DNA of 64,000 nt from a virus: positions 1-64,000 of the IMG/VR virus record IMGVR_UViG_3300021437_000013; one strand, given 5' to 3'. Made by a program: the position numbers and the translations under genes. The notes below the pieces were generated by a model that saw only the letters and a program-made list of their open reading frames with translations, was not told where the DNA came from and did no database searches. How positions within the stretch are numbered: position 1 is the stretch's first letter; every line of letters starts with the position of its first letter. Of the stretch, positions 1 to 8,012 are shown piece after piece.

Positions 1-116
1 TGATAGTACAATCAATGCACCAAACCCACAACCTGCTAAAAATAAGAAAGTAAAGAATAAGTAATCATCAAATAGTATATGTAACGCTACTTGTGCAACT
101 GATATCATATAACCTC

Positions 117-569
117 CTAAAACTCTATAGTAAGCCCCACACCAACTTTCTTGTCGGTAGTTACCATCCCTGTAATTGATAGACTACCATAAACAGGGAT
201 TGTAGTCAATAGCCCAAAACTATGTTCGACTTTCCAAGGGTCAAAGGCAATAACTCCAAGCTGTATACCTCTATTAGATACTGTCTTAGTAGTTTCTTTT
301 GTGGCCGTTATATTAGTATCTTTATTATCTGTAGCATGTGTATCTTCCGAGATAGTAGTTTCTTTAGTTGAACTACCGTCTTTATTCTTATGCTCAATAA
401 TCCTAACATTCTTTTTCTTATCTTCCACTTTAACTTCTTTAATAACTTCCACAAGTTTCTCTACTGTCTTAATCTCCACTTTAGCTTTAGGTTGTAATAC
501 AAACCTACCAATAAGTAAAGCTATAATTACAGCTATAATACAAATCTTGTTTTCTTTAATCTTATCCAT
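117..569 (-). CDS. membrane-anchored protein with C-terminal beta-strands (spanin-like envelope protein candidate)
   Basis: Probable start MDKIK at 569 behind AGGAG. N-terminal hydrophobic segment ICIIAVIIALLIG, a K/E/T-rich linker, and C-terminal amphipathic strands ending GVGLTIEF. Confidence 0.5.
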   Translation of the reverse strand: MDKIKENKICIIAVIIALLIGRFVLQPKAKVEIKTVEKLVEVIKEVKVEDKKKNVRIIEHKNKDGSSTKETTISEDTHATDNKDTNITATKETTKTVSNRGIQLGVIAFDPWKVEHSFGLLTTIPVYGSLSITGMVTTDKKVGVGLTIEF

Positions 570-570
570 G

Positions 571-996
571 TTATACTCCTGTACTTCCAAACCCACCTTC
601 GCCACGGTCTGTACTTGTTAATTCTTCTACCTCTTCAAATGTAACTTCTGGCAATGGTAATACTACCAGTTGACCTATCTTATCCCCGACTTTATAAACA
701 TTATTACCATATGGCTTAATAGTATTAAAGCGTAACTTCAACTCCCCAACGTACGACTCGTCCACAAGTCCAATTGAGTTACAAAGACTTAAATCCATCT
801 TAGAGATACTACTTCTCGGGAATAATAATCCACAATGTCCGCTTGGTAATTCAATTGCAATACCCGTACCATACTCAATATAGGAATCAGTAATATTAAC
901 TGATACGGCCACTAAGTCTGCTCCGGCATCTGTTGCATGTGCTCTTGTTGGCATAACTGCTTCTGGTACTAATTTCTTAAACTTTATATTACTCAT
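571..996 (-). CDS. dut: dUTPase (trimeric)
   Basis: Motifs AGADL, PRSSIS, GLVDESYVGEL, KIGQLV and RGEGGFGSTG. Start MSNIKF behind GGAGG. Confidence 0.97.
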   Translation of the reverse strand: MSNIKFKKLVPEAVMPTRAHATDAGADLVAVSVNITDSYIEYGTGIAIELPSGHCGLLFPRSSISKMDLSLCNSIGLVDESYVGELKLRFNTIKPYGNNVYKVGDKIGQLVVLPLPEVTFEEVEELTSTDRGEGGFGSTGV

Positions 997-1216
997 GTGC
1001 AATTCCTCCTTTAACTCTTTTGACTGCAAAACCATATACTAACACACCCTTATGAAACAAGTCAACCGGTAAGAAAGATAGGTTATCGCTTTCAGGAATA
1101 GTGACCGCTTTATATAAACTGCCGGGGTGACCACCAATTGCCACTTTGGCTTCGCCTATGTATTCTAACTGTTCAATAAAAGATACTGGCATCGGATTGT
1201 CAATAAATAAAAGCAT
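989..1216 (-). CDS. hypothetical protein
   Basis: ORF tightly coupled to its neighbours in the leftward operon. Confidence 0.6.
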   Translation of the reverse strand: MLLFIDNPMPVSFIEQLEYIGEAKVAIGGHPGSLYKAVTIPESDNLSFLPVDLFHKGVLVYGFAVKRVKGGIAHE

Positions 1217-1473
1217 TATAATTTCTCCAAGATTTCGTTAGTTGATGGTATATACAAGCTGTAATATAAATATGCTGTAATTGTCTGTAGTCCTTTATCT
1301 CTGGTAAAGTATTCAACATCGACGGGAACCATTATATATCCTGAATGTTCGATAGCTCCGTCAACTTTGTATAAGTTACCATCCACAGGTGTTCCGTATA
1401 ATCTTCCTCTTCCTTCAATAGTTAAAGAAGACTTAATGTTGTTTGGTAAATCGTTAATCTCAAATATATACAT
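1216..1473 (-). CDS. hypothetical protein
   Basis: ORF coupled to its neighbours. Confidence 0.6.
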   Translation of the reverse strand: MYIFEINDLPNNIKSSLTIEGRGRLYGTPVDGNLYKVDGAIEHSGYIMVPVDVEYFTRDKGLQTITAYLYYSLYIPSTNEILEKL

Positions 1474-1479
1474 AATCCC

Positions 1480-1914
1480 CTACGGTTTAAACCAACGTGT
1501 TCCACCAGATACATAACTACTAAAAGGTTTATTTTGAGCATGAAGCCAGTTTGAATTGCCTTCTTCAAAGAATAGGTTAGCTTCATCTGCCGCTTCTCTA
1601 CCCTCTTTAGTATCTTTAAGCCACTTAGTAATTAACAATCTGGCATCAGCAATATCTACGGCCGCCGCATTTGTAACTGTTTCAAGGTGCTTTGATTTCA
1701 TCGGTATCTTAGATTGGTCTGTAATACCTTTCTGTGCGTAAATCCGTAAATGGTCTTGTAATGTTCTTACACCAGATGTTACAGTCATTGGCTTACCATA
1801 CTTAGTACGGATTATATTAATCTTAATTAATAAGTCTTGTTCTTCTTTAAGCTTATCACTGTCTAAGTCTTCGGGTTTAATCCCACAATGTATTATTTCT
1901 TCTAATGTTAGCAT
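1480..1914 (-). CDS. peptidase M15 family zinc peptidoglycan hydrolase (endolysin candidate)
   Basis: Motifs VTSGVR, SKH...AAVDI and NWLH give the His/Asp/His zinc ligands of M15 peptidases. Confidence 0.85.
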   Translation of the reverse strand: MLTLEEIIHCGIKPEDLDSDKLKEEQDLLIKINIIRTKYGKPMTVTSGVRTLQDHLRIYAQKGITDQSKIPMKSKHLETVTNAAAVDIADARLLITKWLKDTKEGREAADEANLFFEEGNSNWLHAQNKPFSSYVSGGTRWFKP

Positions 1915-1921
1915 AAAACCT

Positions 1922-2251
1922 CTATATATGAAAGTTGGCTTGTTTAGCATCTATTAAATGAGTACCACGGAACTTTAGCATACTATTTGTATTCTTTATT
2001 AAGAATAAAGACTCTGCACCGTTATTAAAAATGCAAGTAATAAATGTTGATGCTAATCTACCAAGTGCCACATCTCTACCAATCTTCTTATTAAAGTTAT
2101 CTTTAGGATGACATACTGAAATACCAATCTTAACAAAGAACTCTTCACCAGTAGAACAAGTGCGAATACTATTTAAATCATCCTCTTCTATCTCTATTAC
2201 TAATGTTCCATTTACTGTACTATTCCGTTTGTGTAAAAACATCTGTTTCAT
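1922..2251 (-). CDS. conserved phage protein, N4 gp49/Sf6 gp66-like motif
   Basis: GISVCHPKDNFNKKIGRDVALGRL resembles the GxSxCxxxxxFxxxIGxxxA motif. Confidence 0.5.
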   Translation of the reverse strand: MKQMFLHKRNSTVNGTLVIEIEEDDLNSIRTCSTGEEFFVKIGISVCHPKDNFNKKIGRDVALGRLASTFITCIFNNGAESLFLIKNTNSMLKFRGTHLIDAKQANFHI

Positions 2252-2490
2252 TATTCTTCCTCGTTTTGAATCTTAAACTTGATACTTTGTTCTAATATGT
2301 CACACTCTTCACCAGTGCAGCTTAAAAGCTTTAAAAGGGCTATAGCCTCGTCGGGGTCATTATGGAACATCTCATGAGGGGTCATCGTGTAGAACATCTT
2401 ATTCGGGCTATTAAGCCACTCATATCGCATATCTTCATCTGGCAATAAGTTAGATACCAAAGCATCAAACTCTAATTCTCTTAATGGCAT
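2251..2490 (-). CDS. stand-alone Xre/MbcA/ParS antitoxin C-terminal domain-like protein
   Basis: EWLNSPNKMFYTMTPHEMF matches the WLxxPNxxLxxxxPxxxL pattern. Confidence 0.55.
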   Translation of the reverse strand: MPLRELEFDALVSNLLPDEDMRYEWLNSPNKMFYTMTPHEMFHNDPDEAIALLKLLSCTGEECDILEQSIKFKIQNEEE

Positions 2491-2633
2491 ACTAATCTCC
2501 TAAATTATCCATTACCACCCTAAACAAGGTAATAACTATCATTATAGGCATAACTACAATGAATATAGTTAGGCTTAAGAAAAACTTAAGAAGTACAAAG
2601 GCTGCATCTAACATATAGACCTCCAATGTTTCT

Positions 2634-2662
2634 ATCTTAGCATACTAATATTAACGTGTCAA
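2634..2662 (-). promoter_or_regulatory. sigma70-type early promoter
   Basis: Minus strand reads TTGACA-17 nt (ending TGC)-TAAGAT, upstream of the leftward operon. Confidence 0.75.
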
Positions 2663-2670
2663 TACCCACT

Positions 2671-2679
2671 TAACAACTT
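2671..2679 (+). promoter_or_regulatory. late promoter motif variant TAACAACTT
   Basis: One mismatch to TAACAACTA, directly upstream of AGGAG and the lone plus-strand gene at 2697. Confidence 0.65.
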
Positions 2680-2696
2680 ATATATAGGAGAGTTTT

Positions 2697-3257
2697 ATGG
2701 ATGATGTAGACGATATCTTAGCACAAAAGAAGAAACAAGCTGCTTTATTGGCTTTAGCTCAAATAAGAGATGCCCAACCAGAGGCAAGTCAACCTTCTAT
2801 GGTCGTCAAAGGTGAAACACCTGATGAAGCTTCTGCACGTTTAACTGCTGATACTCAAAAGCACATTGAAGACAATGAAAACTCCCCAATGGGATATGCT
2901 AACCAATTAGCTTCTAAATTTGGATTACTTAAGAAGATGCTTGGTTCATCTGCTGAAAACTACGGTGTACCAGCTAACACTGTTGACCAAGACATACCAA
3001 AAATGGCTACTCTTAATAATGTTGCATTTGATAAGAACAAAGCTGATGTTCAAGATATTCAGAATAAAAGAAATGCAATACTTGCCATGGCACAAGCTAA
3101 CCAAGTTCAACAAGCAGTAAAGCCACAACAAGATGCTACAGCGGTAATGGCTCAATCACTTCAATCTAACCCTGACTTGGCTAACTCAATGGCTAATAAT
3201 GATGATATGAAGAAAGCTGAGATGTTAAAGAATTGGGCTAAGACTTTAGGCCGTTAG
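2697..3257 (+). CDS. Q/A/D-rich hypothetical protein, probably late-expressed or virion-associated
   Basis: Has an RBS and a late promoter motif. Low-complexity composition resembles the ejection proteins at 48-54 kb. Confidence 0.65.
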   Translation: MDDVDDILAQKKKQAALLALAQIRDAQPEASQPSMVVKGETPDEASARLTADTQKHIEDNENSPMGYANQLASKFGLLKKMLGSSAENYGVPANTVDQDIPKMATLNNVAFDKNKADVQDIQNKRNAILAMAQANQVQQAVKPQQDATAVMAQSLQSNPDLANSMANNDDMKKAEMLKNWAKTLGR

Positions 3258-3298
3258 TCTTAAATAGATTAACGCACAAATAATAAACATTATACCAA

Positions 3299-3520
3299 TC
3301 ACACACTAACACCTTGAATTTTAATTTCTGACTGTTTTCCGTTCTCATCAACGAGTATAACCCTACCGCCTTTTTTTAAAGCGTTCAAGACTGTATCGGC
3401 AATATCTACGGCCAGTTCAAGTGCATCCGTTTTTGTTTTCAAGTTAGCATCTTTCTTTATTCTATCAACTTTACTAACTGTTCCCTTAAACATTTCAGTT
3501 TGAATAATCGTAGTTGTCAT
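3299..3520 (-). CDS. small ribbon-helix-helix-like DNA-binding protein
   Basis: Strand-helix-helix pattern (KVDRIKKDANLKTKTDALELAV) followed by GGRVILVDENG. Confidence 0.45.
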   Translation of the reverse strand: MTTTIIQTEMFKGTVSKVDRIKKDANLKTKTDALELAVDIADTVLNALKKGGRVILVDENGKQSEIKIQGVSV

Positions 3521-4176
3521 ACACCTATTCCGTATAGTTTACAAATTGGAAACTCTTTACTATTACCGCCATGGTATATAGTCATTAACTCTTTTAAATA
3601 TTCTTCACCGTACAAACCTTTCATCTTCTTTTCATAATAAGAATGAATGGCTCTTAGTAAGAAGTTCCTATTCTTTTGTGGGAATAAGCTTATGAAGTCA
3701 AGAATCTTGCCGCTTGTTTGGTCTTTACTTTGATTACAGCTTATAATCAGGTTAATTAAAAAGAACGGTAGGAATAGATATGCTAATATTGAATCAGCAC
3801 ACAATCCAAAAATAAAGTAATTAGCTGGATTGAATGGTAGGAATCTTGTAATGTCGGTAGACTTCCCTTTAGTATTATCATAAGTACCAAGATGACGCAG
3901 TAAATACTTCCATATCTGTTTTGCATGGCCAGTATTATACGCTTTAGAGAATGATGTTATTGCAATAAGCTCGTCGTGGCTTGTTGTTTTAACTAAAGTT
4001 GGATTCCTGTTATATAATCCATCTTCTACTTTACAAACGCTCAAATGTTTATTCATTAATAAAACCTTATCTTTATCATCAGTGAGGAATAAGTAGGTAA
4101 CTAAGAATAATCCGGCATTTTCGGATTCTTTATCTAAGTCTGTCACTAATCCATTTTCAACTGTAAAATAATTCAT
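3517..4176 (-). CDS. hypothetical protein with a hydrophobic segment
   Basis: 219-aa ORF with an AGGAG RBS. Confidence 0.65.
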   Translation of the reverse strand: MNYFTVENGLVTDLDKESENAGLFLVTYLFLTDDKDKVLLMNKHLSVCKVEDGLYNRNPTLVKTTSHDELIAITSFSKAYNTGHAKQIWKYLLRHLGTYDNTKGKSTDITRFLPFNPANYFIFGLCADSILAYLFLPFFLINLIISCNQSKDQTSGKILDFISLFPQKNRNFLLRAIHSYYEKKMKGLYGEEYLKELMTIYHGGNSKEFPICKLYGIGV

Positions 4177-4188
4177 ATAACTCCTACA

Positions 4189-4992
4189 TTAAAACATGAT
4201 ACCATAATACTTATTTTTAATCAACTTATCTGATTTAATTAAATTATAAATGCTACAGCTCTTTTTAAATCCAAGAAAGTCGCAAGCATCTTTAGTATTT
4301 AAAAAAGAAATAAAAGGTTCTCTATTAATATTGTAAAGAGTAACTCTTCTTTTTACATCTTTTAGAAAAGTCTTTCTGTCTTTAGTATTTTCTATAATAT
4401 CCTTTATTGATTTATTTCTATACTTATATTTTTTATGTGCCGTATCATATTTTATATTATACAAGATACACCACTCCATTAGAGTTTTTTCTTGGCCGTT
4501 ATATTCTAAATAAATAGTACAGTCTCTATTATGAATTTGTTCTAGTGGAGTAGCCCATCTACAATTTTCCTTAAAATAACCTTTATTGTTGTCTATTCTG
4601 TCTATAGATAAACCATTCGATTCTCCCATATCCTCAAAGAAATTTTCAAAACTATTAAACCATCTACTACACATTGTTATATTTCTATCTCTATAACACT
4701 TAGAACTTAAATCATTTCTTCTTCCAGAAGTTCTCCCTTTTATTTGCGACCATATTCTATACTCTCTTGTTTTACTTTTACCATGAGTCTTGACTATTGA
4801 TGAGTGGTTACACCAGCAAATTTTTGTATATTCGCTTTTAGATATTAACGTATTTGTGCTTCTTATAATATCTTTTCCACACTCGCACCGACACTTCCAA
4901 TGCGCTTTTGAGTTTTTTACACTACCTTCCGCTAAACCTACTACTTCTAATTTTCCGAATACCCGTCCTGTTAAATCATTAAAATATTCCAT
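4189..4992 (-). CDS. HNH homing endonuclease
   Basis: DLTGRVFGKL...WKCRCECG N-terminus and LSIDRIDNNKGYFKENCRWAT HNH core. Free-standing next to thyX. Confidence 0.9.
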   Translation of the reverse strand: MEYFNDLTGRVFGKLEVVGLAEGSVKNSKAHWKCRCECGKDIIRSTNTLISKSEYTKICWCNHSSIVKTHGKSKTREYRIWSQIKGRTSGRRNDLSSKCYRDRNITMCSRWFNSFENFFEDMGESNGLSIDRIDNNKGYFKENCRWATPLEQIHNRDCTIYLEYNGQEKTLMEWCILYNIKYDTAHKKYKYRNKSIKDIIENTKDRKTFLKDVKRRVTLYNINREPFISFLNTKDACDFLGFKKSCSIYNLIKSDKLIKNKYYGIMF

Positions 4993-5000
4993 TTGTTCTC

Positions 5001-5621
5001 CTAAGTATCAAATATAATAGGTATCTTACTTTGTAGTATAGCTCCGATCTCTGTAGCTAAAAATCTAATCTCATCTTGTGCTTTTTTTGTTCTTCTCTTT
5101 TTAAGAAAGTCTCGCCATAACCTTAAGTTTCCCGTCATAACCATTTCAACCATAACAGCGTTATTAAGTGCGTTACGAGCTACTTGTGGCTTAAGTCCTG
5201 ATGTTGATAAGCTGATATAAAATTTCTCACAGCTTTCCATAGCTTGACAAAATAAAAATTGTTGCTCTGTAGTCCACTTATGATAATCCATAGGAGTAAT
5301 AAACTCAACACCATCTGGGTATTTATCTGTACGAGTAAAGTTACAAAATCTCTGACTTCTTGCCGAGTATGAAAATAATCTATGCCGTACTATTTGGTTA
5401 TGACATGCTCTACTACATTTAATTTTAACGCTTACAGATGCATGTTCTATAACACTCTCGTGAGCACTTTCTAATATTTTAGATAAGAGAACAGTATGAC
5501 TATTTTCATTTACTTTGTCATTGGAGTCATAACAAACTCTTGTTGCATGTTCAATATGACGGAGAACTGCTACTCCGTCAATATCAGTAATCAATTCTAC
5601 ACTAGGATTAATTAGCTTCAT
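5001..5621 (-). CDS. thyX: FAD-dependent thymidylate synthase
   Basis: HESVIEH, QIVRHRLFSYSARSQR (ThyX motif), MTGNLR and AQDEIR. Confidence 0.96.
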   Translation of the reverse strand: MKLINPSVELITDIDGVAVLRHIEHATRVCYDSNDKVNENSHTVLLSKILESAHESVIEHASVSVKIKCSRACHNQIVRHRLFSYSARSQRFCNFTRTDKYPDGVEFITPMDYHKWTTEQQFLFCQAMESCEKFYISLSTSGLKPQVARNALNNAVMVEMVMTGNLRLWRDFLKKRRTKKAQDEIRFLATEIGAILQSKIPIIFDT

Positions 5622-5802
5622 TTACTGAACCTGTTTCTTTTGTGATAAAATCAAAAAACTCAACATTTGATGTAAGACCAGTAGCCGCAAGAATCTCTTT
5701 GCGAGATTGTACTAAACTATCACTTATAACCGCTGCATCCTTTGTTTTACTTTCTTCTAAAAAAGTTTTCCATTCATTAATTTCTTTACTAAAATCTTTC
5801 AT
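5608..5802 (-). CDS. hypothetical protein
   Basis: ORF with an AGGAG RBS. Confidence 0.6.
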   Translation of the reverse strand: MKDFSKEINEWKTFLEESKTKDAAVISDSLVQSRKEILAATGLTSNVEFFDFITKETGSVNEAN

Positions 5803-5846
5803 AATATTCTCCTATTTTAAACTTGAAGCCACAAGTAAAACTTGCG

Positions 5847-6089
5847 TTATGGGTGCCACTTTATTTTTACACCACTACTAGTAAAAGTTACTCTAAACCC
5901 TCTATCCTCTAATAGTTCACGATTATTATTACTAACATAATCTACGATAATGTGAGACTTTCCATCGTAAGCTGCATCAAATAATATGTTTAATAAAAGT
6001 ATAATTTCATTATCCTTTTTTTGTTCTAGCACTCTCTCTGTAATTTTTGCCAAAATATTAGCATTGAGTTTTTCTAACGATCTATTCAT
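5847..6089 (-). CDS. hypothetical protein, paralogue of 6104-6352
   Basis: Shared pattern AAxxG...LxxRGFxV/I...KIxW. Confidence 0.65.
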   Translation of the reverse strand: MNRSLEKLNANILAKITERVLEQKKDNEIILLLNILFDAAYDGKSHIIVDYVSNNNRELLEDRGFRVTFTSSGVKIKWHP

Positions 6090-6103
6090 AATATTCTCCT
6101 ATT

Positions 6104-6352
6104 TTAAGTTTTAGAAAGCTTATACCAAGATATCTTCATAATGGTATTGAGAGTGTGTAGTTCTTTTACCTCTTCTATTGTGAAACCTCTAGAGTATAAA
6201 AACTCAGCACTCTGCACACTCAACCATCTCACTAAAACACAACAATCACCTTGGATTGCTGCATTATGTATTTCTTTCATTACTTTATTAATGCGTTCTC
6301 GCTCGGCAATTTCTGCCATTTTTTTAGCCGTAAACTCTTCTTGTTCTATCAT
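6104..6352 (-). CDS. hypothetical protein, paralogue of 5847-6089
   Basis: NAAIQG...LYSRGFTI...KISW. Confidence 0.65.
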   Translation of the reverse strand: MIEQEEFTAKKMAEIAERERINKVMKEIHNAAIQGDCCVLVRWLSVQSAEFLYSRGFTIEEVKELHTLNTIMKISWYKLSKT

Positions 6353-6591
6353 ATATACCTCTTTTTTAGAGTTGTGCCTAATTTCTCTAATGATTGCATA
6401 ATAAGAAGCTCTTCTAACTGTTCAAATATCAAGTCCTGTAAACTGGTCAAACTCCCTCCAGCTCTAATGTAATAATCAGTACAATCAACAAAGCTTTCAC
6501 TACATTTACATTCTACAAACTCACCAGAGTAATTACTATAGATTAAGTCTTCACATTTATTACAGAAGTATCTATCGTATCTATTACTCAT
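6349..6591 (-). CDS. small Cys4 zinc-ribbon protein, paralogue of 6584-6796
   Basis: CNKCEDLIYSNYSGEFVECKC. Confidence 0.7.
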   Translation of the reverse strand: MSNRYDRYFCNKCEDLIYSNYSGEFVECKCSESFVDCTDYYIRAGGSLTSLQDLIFEQLEELLIMQSLEKLGTTLKKRYI

Positions 6592-6796
6592 ATACTTTAT
6601 CTCCTAGATATAACTTAATTAAATCTTCATATATCAAGTCTTGAATCTTCATTCTATCGTCAGTGTATCTTAAAAATCCGAATCTAGCTTTATCTGAACC
6701 AAAGTCGCACTTACAACGTACATAATCCCCTTCATATCTACAGTAGATAAAATCTTCACAATTAGTACAAGTACATCTAACGTATTTGTTACTCAT
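6584..6796 (-). CDS. small Cys4 zinc-ribbon protein
   Basis: CTNCEDFIYCRYEGDYVRCKC. Confidence 0.7.
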   Translation of the reverse strand: MSNKYVRCTCTNCEDFIYCRYEGDYVRCKCDFGSDKARFGFLRYTDDRMKIQDLIYEDLIKLYLGDKVYE

Positions 6797-7254
6797 GAGT
6801 CAAACCCCATAACAAGATACATATTATCATAGTTTTCAGCTAATGTATTCATCTCACTACTAATAGCGTACAATACACCTAATACATAATTAGTATACTC
6901 TATCTCTTCCGTGTTGTCAACAACTTCGTCATCATCTTTATGACAAGGGCAACAACACTTAATTTGTGCTGGCTTCTCTGCACTGATTCTTTTAGATAAC
7001 TCGGCAATCTCATCTAAGCTTAAGTAAGTAAAAGAATGGTCACCAAGTAAAGCATCACCATCGGGAAACAGCTCTTTCATTTTATCGGTTAATCCTCTGC
7101 CAATTACACCATCAAGCGGCCTAATAAGATTACTTCTTACCCCTGCTAATGCTCCAAACAGTACATAGCTTCTAACGTCAATAACATCAACTTCTACTAC
7201 TTTAAGTTCACCTTGCTTTTCAGCTACATATGTTGCATGTATATCACAACCCAT
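6793..7254 (-). CDS. conserved phage hypothetical protein
   Basis: MGCDIH start, RSYVLFGALAGVR, DHSFTYLSLDE and C-terminal FDS, a pattern typical of a widespread phage family. Confidence 0.7.
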   Translation of the reverse strand: MGCDIHATYVAEKQGELKVVEVDVIDVRSYVLFGALAGVRSNLIRPLDGVIGRGLTDKMKELFPDGDALLGDHSFTYLSLDEIAELSKRISAEKPAQIKCCCPCHKDDDEVVDNTEEIEYTNYVLGVLYAISSEMNTLAENYDNMYLVMGFDS

Positions 7255-7416
7255 AAACACTCCCATCTACTATAATCTTCATTGCCTCATCGAACGTGAT
7301 AGTTGACGGATTATCTTTCTGAATCCATCCAAACCCGAAATCAACTGGCCGTACACCAAACATTACAAACATCTTTTCATACACGGCTTCCATTTCTGGG
7401 TTCTCTACTTTATCAC

Positions 7417-7767
7417 TCATAGTTCACCTAAGCATATCTTAACTCTTTCCTCTACGCTCTTTCTAAAGTCAGGATCATCCTTCATACTTTCTTCTTTAGC
7501 TTCAATCATTTTACTACGCTTACGAACCATACTACCTATTTGAATAGTATCCACCTCTTCATTTTCTAATGATATTACTCCATCTGGAGCTGAGTCACAA
7601 ATAACATAGTACACTTTGTATACTCCCTTCTTTGAAAGTTTCGGGATATTCTTTTTATTCCCATTCAACTCTACACGAATTGCATCATTAAGTATCTTAA
7701 AGATAAAGTTATATTCCTCATCAAACTTTTCTGTCATTTCATTAACATCAATTACTAAAGGTTTCAT
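7417..7767 (-). CDS. hypothetical protein
   Basis: ORF with an RBS. Confidence 0.6.
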   Translation of the reverse strand: MKPLVIDVNEMTEKFDEEYNFIFKILNDAIRVELNGNKKNIPKLSKKGVYKVYYVICDSAPDGVISLENEEVDTIQIGSMVRKRSKMIEAKEESMKDDPDFRKSVEERVKICLGEL

Positions 7768-7778
7768 ATTCTCTCCTA

Positions 7779-8012
7779 CTAAAAATTAAATGGTATCTTC
7801 TCTACTTTAGTCCAACTTGCCACTGTGGTCTTTGGTACTTTACCAAAAAATCCCATATACAAAACTTTACCGCTACTATTAATATACACCAAAGACAATA
7901 AATAGTCAAGCGGTGATTCATGTTGCACCCCCACTACTACAATGTAAGTAGAGGCTTTGTTATCTTTAAAGGTATCGCCTTCTTCTAACTTAAACGATTT
8001 CACACAAACCAC
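7779..8012 (-). CDS. hypothetical protein
   Basis: ORF overlapping the end of the RNR gene. Confidence 0.5.
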   Translation of the reverse strand: MVCVKSFKLEEGDTFKDNKASTYIVVVGVQHESPLDYLLSLVYINSSGKVLYMGFFGKVPKTTVASWTKVEKIPFNF

